A stretch of DNA of 15,112 nt from a virus (taxonomy: Duplodnaviria > Heunggongvirae > Uroviricota > Caudoviricetes). Made by a program: the position numbers and the translations under genes. The stretch covers positions 1 through 15,112 of IMG/VR virus record IMGVR_UViG_648276650_000001; one strand, written 5' to 3'. The stretch's first letter is position 1. The number at the start of each line of letters is the position of its first letter. The notes beneath the pieces were generated by a model. That model saw nothing but the letters and a program-made list of their open reading frames with translations. It made no database searches and was not told where the DNA came from. Positions 7,511 to 15,112 of this stretch are shown here, one piece after another.

Positions 7511-8229
7511 GTTTCACCTGCCATTACATCTTTATAGCGAACGATCTTCATCGTGCGCTCCTGCCAGTATCCGCCATAAGGAACTCGCTGGCTCAGATGC
7601 CCGTAAAGATGGTGCAGCAGCATGTTACCCTCCAGTAAAATCCCGGCATGATTCCACTTATCGGCCTGCACCTGCATGATTACGAGGTCCCCTTCCTGAG
7701 GCGGGCCGTCAAACTCCCTGAATCCGCATTCATACCAGCAATCCTGATAGAAATTGTCCGGGTAGTCGTTTTCCCACCAGGGATAATCCACCCGGTAATC
7801 GTAGAGCTCGATACCGTGGGTCTGCCGGAAATAGCTCATTACCAGACCCCAGCAATCGAAGTGGCCAAGCACAAACGGTCGCTCCAGCAATGGGAGCTCC
7901 CCGCGTGGCTGAATGGTACGTAAATCCCCCTCTGGCCAGCTCACAATATGCCAGGGCAGCAGTGTTGCATCACACTGCGCCTTATCAAGCTCGCTGGCCT
8001 GTGTCGTCGCGTCAGGATGGCTGTGAACAATGGCTACCACCGTCCCCCAGTCTTCTGCCGCTGCGTAATCTTCGGGGGACAGGTGAAAATGTTCAGTCGG
8101 CTCTGCTGCGAGATTACGACAGGGAAAATAGCGCTCAACCCGGCTTTTCTGTGCCACCACGCCGCAGCACTCGCGCGGATATTCCGCTGCAGCGTGTGCC
8201 ATGATGGCATCAATGGTTTTCTGACGCAT
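7498..8229 (-). CDS. K: Tail assembly protein K (MPN/JAB plus NlpC/P60-like domains)
   Basis: N-terminus MRQKTIDAIMAHAAAEYPRECCG resembles lambda gpK (MRQETLNAIRAHAAA). Contains an HSHP JAMM-type motif and a DCWGL Cys motif. Position between L and I. Confidence 0.9.
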   Translation of the reverse strand: MRQKTIDAIMAHAAAEYPRECCGVVAQKSRVERYFPCRNLAAEPTEHFHLSPEDYAAAEDWGTVVAIVHSHPDATTQASELDKAQCDATLLPWHIVSWPEGDLRTIQPRGELPLLERPFVLGHFDCWGLVMSYFRQTHGIELYDYRVDYPWWENDYPDNFYQDCWYECGFREFDGPPQEGDLVIMQVQADKWNHAGILLEGNMLLHHLYGHLSQRVPYGGYWQERTMKIVRYKDVMAGETCRK

Positions 8230-8230
8230 A

Positions 8231-8986
8231 TCAGCTCCTGATAAGAGATGTACCCGGGAAACCGCCGAACGGCAGTTCGTTGCTGTCTCCGTGCCGGAGC
8301 TTGCAGGCCGTCAGCGTGCCGTTGCAGACATCCAGCGAGGGATCGTCAACCGGATTATTGTTTTTGTCGAAATAGCGCGTTCCGGCATAGTCGCAGCCGT
8401 CGCCGGTCCGGTACTTGTTCCGGATGCACCAGCTGCATAACGAATGCAGCTGACGCGTCGGAATCATCTGGCCCTGTAAATCCATCGGACTGGAAAGCGT
8501 AAATTCGACAACTTCATCCGTCTCGGTGCTTCTGGCATCGATATAAAAGACCTTCAGCTTTTCCTGTGACGGGTCTGCAGTGGGATTGCCCTGCGGAAAA
8601 TTTCTGGCGTCCAGATACTGTGCCAGCGTGTCGTGGATACTCACTTTCGCCTGCAGCAGATCGTCATACGCCAGACAGAGCGCTGAGATCGAGCTGTCCA
8701 GGTTCGCCACCCTCAGTTTTGGCTGTGGGCTGGTACCATCCGTGGTCGCTTCAATACCCTCAACCTGACACGGCCAGGCTTTATACTCCTCCCCCTGCCA
8801 CCAGATGGACTTCGCCGGAAGTTTATTCTCGTCGCCGCCTGCGGCTTCAATCTCTTCCGGGGTGTGCGCGATATTGTGTGCGTGGAAGCGGAGCACATCT
8901 GACATACCGAACGCTGTACCATCGACAGAAAAAAGCCGGACTTCATTGCCCGGCTCAAGTTTTTGATAATCAGCATTAAGACTCAT
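8231..8986 (-). CDS. L: Minor tail protein L
   Basis: 251 aa, between M and K. Cys-rich C-terminal region consistent with the Fe-S-binding gpL family. Start overlaps the M stop. Confidence 0.9.
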   Translation of the reverse strand: MSLNADYQKLEPGNEVRLFSVDGTAFGMSDVLRFHAHNIAHTPEEIEAAGGDENKLPAKSIWWQGEEYKAWPCQVEGIEATTDGTSPQPKLRVANLDSSISALCLAYDDLLQAKVSIHDTLAQYLDARNFPQGNPTADPSQEKLKVFYIDARSTETDEVVEFTLSSPMDLQGQMIPTRQLHSLCSWCIRNKYRTGDGCDYAGTRYFDKNNNPVDDPSLDVCNGTLTACKLRHGDSNELPFGGFPGTSLIRS

Positions 8987-9330
8987 GGTGTAAATGCCTG
9001 TTCAAACGTTGCGGTTACGGTTATCACTTTTACGTTTTTAACCACCTTTTTGAGCGTGTCAGCCTCTACACGCCACAGCGCGGTATCGCCGAAAGGCGGA
9101 GTGAAAATAAATGACTTCACTTTATGCCGACGAAGGAAGGCATGGATTTCATTCGCTGTAGTCGGATCTCCTGAAAAGGAATATTCATAGGTGCGAATCT
9201 CATCATTCAGGCCGGAGCCGCTCACCTGTGCGTACCCGTCGCCGAACTGGACTTTCCTGACTATGTCTTTACTTCCCTCGGTGGGCTGGCTGGAAACCTT
9301 AATGCCCCAGGGGAATGTTTCTATCGTCAT
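8983..9330 (-). CDS. M: Minor tail protein M
   Basis: 115 aa, immediately after the tape measure gene in lambda order; size and position match gpM. Confidence 0.85.
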   Translation of the reverse strand: MTIETFPWGIKVSSQPTEGSKDIVRKVQFGDGYAQVSGSGLNDEIRTYEYSFSGDPTTANEIHAFLRRHKVKSFIFTPPFGDTALWRVEADTLKKVVKNVKVITVTATFEQAFTP

Positions 9331-9335
9331 AACTG

Positions 9336-11852
9336 TTACCTGCGATTGGTCGCATTCCAGATAAGCCCACCGGGCTGGATTGCCCTGGCGATACCATCAT
9401 TGACAGATTTGTTAATCACCTGCTGATACGCCTTACCCAGCCTGTCTCCGTCGTTTTGCTGCTGTGCGTTACCGGAAGCATTCTCGACCGTCACCGGGGC
9501 ATACACACTGACACCGAAAGGTGCTGCAGCCGGGCCTGTACCACCGCCCCCGACATACCCTCCCGTTGCATAGCCTTTCATCATCCGGTAAAGATTGCCG
9601 ACGCCGATCCTGCTGGTAGCCTCTTTGGTGAAAACAAACTCACCACGGTGAACGACACCTGCTGGCTCATATTTCCCGCCTGAACCGGTATAACCGCCAC
9701 CTGCAAATCCCAGCGCGGTTGATGCTGAATCCACCAGGCCTACCATCGCCTGTTTCAGCAGGATCTGTGTCAGCATGGAGAGCGTGGAGCGGGTGAAGTC
9801 AGCCCAGTCAGCCTTTCCGCGCGTCAGCATGTCAGCCATATTTTGCCCAATGCCATCAAACGTACTGCTGGCAAACGACTTCATCTGGCCATAAGCATCA
9901 GAAGCAGAATCAACATAATCTGCCCATGCGGATTTGGCTCCGGATTGCCAGTCACCCCGAAGCTTATCCTGCTCGGCGTAATACGCATGCAGCCCCTGCA
10001 GCTCATTCTGATAACCGGCATCGTTTTCGGAACCTCCACCATTTTTCCACCCCTGAAGAAGCTGGGCCTCCTCGTTGCGGCGTTGTGCTGCACGACTGCT
10101 CATACCAGCACTTTCCGCCAGGGCTCGGGTTTTCTCGCCGATCTGCGTGACGTATTTTTGGGACGTATCCTGCAGGCGATTAAGCCGCTCCTGCGCCACT
10201 ATCTGATCGCCGAGCTTCGCGTTCAGCTCCGCACGGGAAAGCACCTCGCTTTTACTGGCCAGCAGGGATTTTTCCTCGGCAGAAAGCGTCCGGGTCTTCG
10301 CGGCCTCTTCCAGAACCGTAAAACGGGACTGCTTACGCCACAGCTCCTGACGCTGCTGGCTGATGGTGTCATTTATCCCCTTATGCTCCTGCAGGGTGCG
10401 CAGCTGTGCTTCCAGCTCCATCGTCTGGGCGCTGGCCGCATCGGTTGCACGGGTACCGGCAGGAGTCCTGACTGCAGGTGTTTTCTTCGGCTTTTTAAGG
10501 GTGTCTTCGTACTCTTTTTTCGCGGCAGCCAGGTTGATGTTGTAGTCAGCCTGGAGGATCCGCCCCTCTTTCAGCGCCTTGTTGAGCTCGCTCTGCCTGG
10601 CCGTGTATTTCTCCAGTGCCGTCTGCGTTTTGGCATAGTTTGCCTGTGCCTGCGCAGCATACTTCTGGCGATCCGATTCCGCAGCCGCTTCGCGCGATGC
10701 ATTCTCTTCGTTCGCCATGGCAATTCCCGCCTGCTGCTGCGCCATATCCAGCGCAAGCCTGGCCGTTTCGCGGTCATTCCAGAATCGGGCGCGAGCCTCA
10801 TCATTGACATATCGGTCACCTTTACGCAGGTTCCAGATTTCATCAGCCTTTTTAAACGCGGCCTGGGCTTTTGCCACCATCTCCTGGGCGGTGTCAGGTC
10901 TGCCAATATCAAGTGCAGCATCCCACATCGACTTGAAGGCACGCTTCAGGGAATCCGCTGAAGACTCAATCGTCCCCATATTGTCGCGGATGGCCTTGGT
11001 CTGATCGTTGAATCCGGCAGTAGCAGCCTGATTAGCCGCCTGCAGTGCGCCAGCCTCATCACCGGCACGCTGCAGCTGTGCCACATGGGCAATCTGTTCG
11101 GCCGTAACGTTGTGGAACTGCTGAGCCATCGCGATCAGGCCTGATGTAGGGTCAGTAGTGAGCTTGCCGTATGCGGCTGCGACTTTTTCCACCGGCACGC
11201 CGGAGGCATCAGTAAATCGCGCCACCGCCTGGCTCATTTCATCAAAGCGCGAACTCGCGCCCACCCCCGCGTTGATAAGCTCGCTCAGGGCTTCGCTGGT
11301 CTGATTGAACGTCAGCCCCGCTGCCTGGCCGTTTCGTGCCAGCGCCAACATACGATCGGCAGTCAATCCGGCCGTGTTCCCCGACAGTACCAGCGTTTTG
11401 TTGAAGTCAGATAGTGTGGATGAGCCCTGGTACCAGGCATAGAACAGCGCACCCGTTGCGGCGGACAGCGCACCGATGCCGACCATCAACGGTGAGATCG
11501 TACCCAGTAAGGCCCTGAATGTTGGTATTATCCCGCCAAAGGAGTCCTTAACCTGACCGCCCTGCTGAAGCAGAATCAGCCATGGGTTCTGCCCGCCCGC
11601 TAGCTGCGTAGCTATATCGGTAAACTGCGCCGGAAGCATACGCATTGCTGCGTTATACTGGCCTATTGAAATACCCGCCTTGCGCGCGGCGTTCTCCTGG
11701 CGGCTAAAGGACTGCTGGATCCGTAGCGCTTCGTCGTTCGCCGCGCTGCCAGTCTGCTTTAATTCTTTTTTGACGTAGTTAAGCTGCTCGTTAAATTTCG
11801 TCGAGTTAACGTCAAGGTTAACGACCAGATCACCCACTGCCGTCTGGGCCAT
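9336..11852 (-). CDS. H: Tail tape measure protein H
   Basis: 838 aa. The N-terminal region (GDLVVNL...KAGISIGQYNAAMRMLPAQFTDIATQLAGGQNPWLILLQQGGQVKDSFGG) closely resembles lambda gpH as I recall it. Long Ala/Gln-rich helical middle and Gly-rich C-terminus. Confidence 0.95.
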   Translation of the reverse strand: MAQTAVGDLVVNLDVNSTKFNEQLNYVKKELKQTGSAANDEALRIQQSFSRQENAARKAGISIGQYNAAMRMLPAQFTDIATQLAGGQNPWLILLQQGGQVKDSFGGIIPTFRALLGTISPLMVGIGALSAATGALFYAWYQGSSTLSDFNKTLVLSGNTAGLTADRMLALARNGQAAGLTFNQTSEALSELINAGVGASSRFDEMSQAVARFTDASGVPVEKVAAAYGKLTTDPTSGLIAMAQQFHNVTAEQIAHVAQLQRAGDEAGALQAANQAATAGFNDQTKAIRDNMGTIESSADSLKRAFKSMWDAALDIGRPDTAQEMVAKAQAAFKKADEIWNLRKGDRYVNDEARARFWNDRETARLALDMAQQQAGIAMANEENASREAAAESDRQKYAAQAQANYAKTQTALEKYTARQSELNKALKEGRILQADYNINLAAAKKEYEDTLKKPKKTPAVRTPAGTRATDAASAQTMELEAQLRTLQEHKGINDTISQQRQELWRKQSRFTVLEEAAKTRTLSAEEKSLLASKSEVLSRAELNAKLGDQIVAQERLNRLQDTSQKYVTQIGEKTRALAESAGMSSRAAQRRNEEAQLLQGWKNGGGSENDAGYQNELQGLHAYYAEQDKLRGDWQSGAKSAWADYVDSASDAYGQMKSFASSTFDGIGQNMADMLTRGKADWADFTRSTLSMLTQILLKQAMVGLVDSASTALGFAGGGYTGSGGKYEPAGVVHRGEFVFTKEATSRIGVGNLYRMMKGYATGGYVGGGGTGPAAAPFGVSVYAPVTVENASGNAQQQNDGDRLGKAYQQVINKSVNDGIARAIQPGGLIWNATNRR

Positions 11853-12581
11853 AGCGCACGCCTCCTGAAATACCTGCAGCCTTCGCCATCAGCGTATCGT
11901 CATCCGGCTCATCAACGTCGATGCTTTCCGATACAGGGGAAAGGATGCTGAAACTGTCCGGTGTTAATTCCGGATCAGCAAAAAACAGGGTTGAGATGGT
12001 GTAGAGCAAACCGGAGAAATGAGCATCCAGCTGCGCATCATGAAAGTAATTGTCCTGGTAGAAGATTTTCCAGTCGCCGTATTCCGTTGAGGACATGCCA
12101 GCAAGCATGGCACGCCAGTCCGGGCGACCGAACTCACGCGCCAGTTTCATGGCAAACTTCAGCTCACTGGCGAGGGCTTTTCCGCAGTAACAGGTTCAGC
12201 GGGTTCATTACGTTCTTCACCGGGCTCAGCCTGGTCATCAGTGACCGGCGCAATCATCCCGGACAGGAGTTTCACCTTATATTCGGCTTCGGCAACAAGT
12301 TCGGTCGGCCATGTCTGCATGACCTCATCCTGAATCTGCTCCACTTCCGCCGCCGCGTTTTCTCCCTGCGATCCTTTAAGCGCGTGGCCATGCCAGAGTG
12401 ACATTGCCACCAGATATGCTCCACTCTTCACGGTAAGGGTAATGGCAGCCTGAAAATCACCAGCTTCAACCGCCTCAAGTTGTTTCAGGTATTCGAGGTA
12501 TTCAATACGCTGCAGCGCCGACAGCTGGAACAATGTGACGCTGCTGCCGTTACTTTCAAGCAGCTCGCTCTTTAGAAACAT
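11830..12581 (-). CDS. T: Tail assembly chaperone G-T, predicted -1 programmed frameshift fusion (T frame continues to the stop at 11832-11830)
   Basis: The T reading frame is -1 relative to G and is open from 12195 to 11830, overlapping the last 12 G codons. The only slippery-looking motif in the overlap is GGAAAAG (minus strand, 12183-12177), one base different from lambda's GGGAAAG. The T end overlaps the H start, as in lambda. Confidence 0.75.
12159..12581 (-). CDS. G: Tail assembly chaperone G
   Basis: 140 aa. MFLKSELLESNGSSVTLFQLSALQRIEYL...AMSLWH...TWPTE...PAEPV...S matches the lambda gpG pattern as I recall it. GGAG Shine-Dalgarno 5 nt upstream. Confidence 0.9.
   Translation of the reverse strand: MFLKSELLESNGSSVTLFQLSALQRIEYLEYLKQLEAVEAGDFQAAITLTVKSGAYLVAMSLWHGHALKGSQGENAAAEVEQIQDEVMQTWPTELVAEAEYKVKLLSGMIAPVTDDQAEPGEERNEPAEPVTAEKPSPVS
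12177..12183 (-). other. Candidate -1 frameshift slippery heptamer G GAA AAG for G-T synthesis
   Basis: Read from the minus strand: zero-frame codons GCG GAA AAG CCC; -1 frame codons TGC GGA AAA GCC. The Lys-tRNA can re-pair AAG to AAA; the P-site re-pairing GAA to GGA is imperfect. Confidence 0.5.
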
Positions 12582-12597
12582 AATTACTCCGGGGGAA

Positions 12598-12613
12598 CGG
12601 GGCTTTCGCCCCG
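12598..12613 (-). other. GC-rich stem-loop (GAAA tetraloop on the mRNA) in the V-G intergenic region, next to the G ribosome-binding site
   Basis: cggggc (12598-12603) and gccccg (12608-12613) pair; on the minus strand CGGGGC-GAAA-GCCCCG. No following U-tract, so it is not a canonical terminator. Confidence 0.45.
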
Positions 12614-12617
12614 GTTA

Positions 12618-13355
12618 TCAGGAAACAGTGACTTTGCAGATCGCCACAAAGTTACCGTCATTGCTCATTACGATGATCTCGACGGTGCCTGCCGCCACGC
12701 CGGTAACAGTCAGGGTATTGCCGCTGACGGTGACCGTTGCTTTTGACGGATCAGAACTGGCTACGCGGAAAGACTTATCTGAAGCACTTGCTGGCAGGAC
12801 AGAAACAACCAGTTGCGTCGTGGCCGCGACAGCCACAGCCGCCGTGGATTTATCCAGGCTGATCCCCGTAACGGCAATCGGCGCGGTACCACTGTCTTCG
12901 GCCAGCGATGGTTTGCCATTGTTGGTGATTTTTGCCGTGCGGGTCATGACCTCTTTAGACGAGATGGTCTTGCCGAGACTGCTCACCCAGCCCTTAAAGA
13001 CATCGACAACACCATTCGGATATTTGATTTTATACCCCTTCACGGTGCCTTCATCGAACCAGTTCACCAGGTCCTGCTGACCGGAATCCTCCGGCATCCA
13101 TGCGAGCGTCAGGTTTGTTTCACCGGCTGATTTCTGCCCCTGCATCGTTGATGTCCAGTCGGCATTCTCATCATCGATGTAGGTGTCATCTTCCGATTCA
13201 GCTGTCAGTTCTCCGGGCTGCAGGTCTTTAATCTTTGCCAGGCGCAGCCAGTCAACGTCTGAAAGCGGATTGGCGTATGGATCACCAGTTCCGGTGTAAA
13301 CCCAGAGGGTGGTACCAGCACCTTTTGTTGGTGCCAGCGGGTTTGGTGTGGCCAT
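12618..13355 (-). CDS. V: Major tail protein V with C-terminal Ig-like (Big_2-type) domain
   Basis: 245 aa (lambda gpV is of similar length). C-terminal region has the Thr/Val/Ser-rich beta-strand pattern typical of bacterial Ig-like domains. Position after U. Confidence 0.9.
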   Translation of the reverse strand: MATPNPLAPTKGAGTTLWVYTGTGDPYANPLSDVDWLRLAKIKDLQPGELTAESEDDTYIDDENADWTSTMQGQKSAGETNLTLAWMPEDSGQQDLVNWFDEGTVKGYKIKYPNGVVDVFKGWVSSLGKTISSKEVMTRTAKITNNGKPSLAEDSGTAPIAVTGISLDKSTAAVAVAATTQLVVSVLPASASDKSFRVASSDPSKATVTVSGNTLTVTGVAAGTVEIIVMSNDGNFVAICKVTVS

Positions 13356-13362
13356 AGGGTCC

Positions 13363-13761
13363 TCACATGTCGTAAGTAATGGAATATTTCAGGTCGGCAG
13401 AACTCCACAGCGCCATATCGTCATCGCGCTGGTAGTCATAGCCCTGCTGAACCATTGTGGTGATAAGAGATTCAAGCCCCGGAACCTCTGCGAGAACCGG
13501 ATACACTCTCGTCTCCATCCAGTCATCCAGATCAGAATCAGGTACCTGAGCCTCAAGAAAGACTTCGATATGCAGAATGGCCTGCCAGCTATCGGCGTCC
13601 AGTTCTTCCCCTGTGTATTCCGCATCTGTCAGGTAGACGGCAACAGCGGGAAAATCACCCTCTTCGAGCACTGCAGGTCTGCCGTCAAAATAAATGACAT
13701 CAGTACCAATCGCGCTTTCCAGCGCGTCAATAATCACCTTGCGAATATCGCTGTGTTTCAT
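13363..13761 (-). CDS. U: Tail terminator protein U
   Basis: 132 aa. [45 protein letters not shown]...[24 protein letters not shown] is close to lambda gpU as I recall it. Confidence 0.95.
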   Translation of the reverse strand: MKHSDIRKVIIDALESAIGTDVIYFDGRPAVLEEGDFPAVAVYLTDAEYTGEELDADSWQAILHIEVFLEAQVPDSDLDDWMETRVYPVLAEVPGLESLITTMVQQGYDYQRDDDMALWSSADLKYSITYDM

Positions 13762-14312
13762 CGTGTCAGAATTAACCTGAGTTGGTTGGTAAGGGATGCC
13801 CGGAGCTCTTTGGGCATATCTGACTCCATGAGCTTCGGCAGTTCTTCTTTAAATGCCGTAGTTAATGGAGCTGCCAGCGGGATGCTGACCACTTCAATGG
13901 GGTAACGAGGTTTTGAAGTCCGCCTCATGACATGCCAGCGACCATTTTTAAGTTGCTGGATAAAGCCGCCCGGAAAACGAAATGGCCCTATGCGCAGAAC
14001 GCTGTTGGCCCCTTTCTTGTCCCGTTTTCTGCGGGAAAGTCGCACGCTTGCGGTACCGAGTTTAATGGCCGGTAAATTTCCCCGGTTTACCCGGATAAGT
14101 GCACGAGGTCTATTGACCGTCGCACGCTTCACCATGGCGCGTTGCTTTACCAGTTTTCGCGGTACGCGCGTATCTTTTGATACGACTGCCACGCTGCGGC
14201 TGACGGCCCGGTTTGCCACGCGGTTAACGGCCTGCGCCGATGCCCGCGGAACAGCCGTTTTGCTGATGCTGTTAAGGTTTTCTATGGCCTGTTCAAGGCC
14301 TTTTATGGACAT
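13758..14312 (-). CDS. Z: Minor tail protein Z
   Basis: 184 aa basic protein between FII and U; size and position match lambda gpZ. Confidence 0.85.
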   Translation of the reverse strand: MSIKGLEQAIENLNSISKTAVPRASAQAVNRVANRAVSRSVAVVSKDTRVPRKLVKQRAMVKRATVNRPRALIRVNRGNLPAIKLGTASVRLSRRKRDKKGANSVLRIGPFRFPGGFIQQLKNGRWHVMRRTSKPRYPIEVVSIPLAAPLTTAFKEELPKLMESDMPKELRASLTNQLRLILTR

Positions 14313-14321
14313 ATGCGCTCC

Positions 14322-14675
14322 TTAACGGCGACGCGAAGATGCAGGTGGAGAGCCGTTACCCAGACAGATATGACAGGAGCCACAGTCATCCGGACCAATA
14401 CGTTCAACCCAGAATTGCCGACCGTTAATCGTCAGCGTGTCCATACGCTGCAGCTGCCTGACAGTGGCGGTTTCCACAAACAGGGTCGGGCTGGTTCCTT
14501 CAACACGAATCCCGGCACCGGCATATCCGATATTTTCTGGATCATCGAATACACCGACCAGGGTGGCACCTGACAAAGCGCCTGACATCACCTTTGCCTC
14601 TGTGCCCATCACACCACGGATAGCGCTATCAGCTCGCGACATGGCCTCGTCAAAGAGATTATCGAAATCAGCCAT
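14322..14675 (-). CDS. FII: Head-tail joining protein FII
   Basis: 117 aa. MADFDNLFDEAMSRADSAIRG...GVFDDPENIGYAGAGIRVEGTSP...DTLTI...PDDCGSCHI closely resembles lambda gpFII as I recall it. Confidence 0.95.
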   Translation of the reverse strand: MADFDNLFDEAMSRADSAIRGVMGTEAKVMSGALSGATLVGVFDDPENIGYAGAGIRVEGTSPTLFVETATVRQLQRMDTLTINGRQFWVERIGPDDCGSCHICLGNGSPPASSRRR

Positions 14676-14685
14676 GTGGCCCCCT

Positions 14686-15093
14686 TCAGACTTCGAAAGC
14701 CAGCCCCTTTGCGATCAAGTCGTCGGCATCCTGTTCAGATACGCGGATAATCACACCAGGCTCTACGATAGATACCGGCTCGTTACGCGTGGCATGCAGA
14801 GCGTCAATATGCAGGGTGGCCAGCGTTTCTACTGATACCAGGTCACCCGTTGTGGCCGATTCCGTTTTTACTTTTGCCACGTTAGCAACATTGTTGTCGG
14901 TGCTGTCGGTGCTGTCGGAAGCATTCTGCACGCCGTTTTCACCGTCAACTGACCCGGCATTGCCATCCAGTTCCTCTTCAAGCTCAGCAATACGCATCGT
15001 CAGTTCCTGAATGGTGCCGCTGGTACTGACCTCGCGGTTAAGCTGGGTCCCAAGTTCATTCAGGCGGGCGACCAGCTTTTCTTTTTCTGTCAT
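14686..15093 (-). CDS. FI: DNA packaging / head assembly protein FI
   Basis: 135 aa. N-terminus MTEKEKLVARLNELGTQLNREVSTSGTIQELTMRIAELEEEL and C-terminal ...LHIDALHATRNEPVS... resemble lambda gpFI as I recall it. GGAG about 12 nt upstream of the ATG. Confidence 0.9.
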   Translation of the reverse strand: MTEKEKLVARLNELGTQLNREVSTSGTIQELTMRIAELEEELDGNAGSVDGENGVQNASDSTDSTDNNVANVAKVKTESATTGDLVSVETLATLHIDALHATRNEPVSIVEPGVIIRVSEQDADDLIAKGLAFEV

Positions 15094-15112
15094 GGGAAAT
15101 ACTCCAGAAAGG

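Noticed and set aside
8566-8979. 137-aa plus-strand ORF antisense to L
   Set aside because: Arg/Pro/Cys-rich translation characteristic of an antisense frame; no independent support.
9843-10961. 372-aa ORF on the plus strand, antisense to the tape measure gene H
   Set aside because: The Leu/Arg-rich low-complexity translation is typical of the antisense frame of an Ala/Gln/Glu-rich coiled-coil gene. There is no ribosome-binding site, and it lies wholly inside a confidently assigned gene.
13309-13905. 198-aa plus-strand ORF overlapping U and Z
   Set aside because: Antisense to two well-supported tail genes; judged spurious.
1-15112. CRISPR arrays, tRNA/rRNA genes, integrase or transposase, attachment sites
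   Set aside because: I saw no regularly spaced direct repeats, no tRNA-like cloverleaf candidates, and no recombinase-like ORFs. The window is internal to the phage structural region.

Overview
The window is almost entirely the tail-morphogenesis region of a lambda-like siphovirus (phage or prophage, probably in an enterobacterial host judging by codon usage), encoded on the minus strand in canonical lambda order: FI, FII, Z, U, V, G/G-T, H, M, L, K, I, J (15093 down to 2661). All of these reading frames look intact. Downstream of J lie a plus-strand lipoprotein gene, a ~500 bp AT-rich non-coding region, a short tail-fibre gene with a tail-fibre-assembly gene (1887 down to 314), and the 3' end of a second, convergent tfa gene on the plus strand (1..342). 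Three things stand out against this conserved backbone: (1) a small AT-rich 88-aa ORF inserted between I and J, followed by a terminator-like hairpin directly in front of J; (2) an AT-rich lipoprotein gene antisense to the tail operon, next to the receptor-binding protein gene J, a candidate superinfection-exclusion moron; (3) two convergent tfa genes whose 3' ends overlap, the arrangement seen in invertase-driven tail-fibre switching segments. No rRNA, tRNA, CRISPR array or transposase was seen. All protein assignments rest on my reading of the translated ORFs and recall of lambda protein sequences; no database search was run, and GC differences are judged by eye, not computed.
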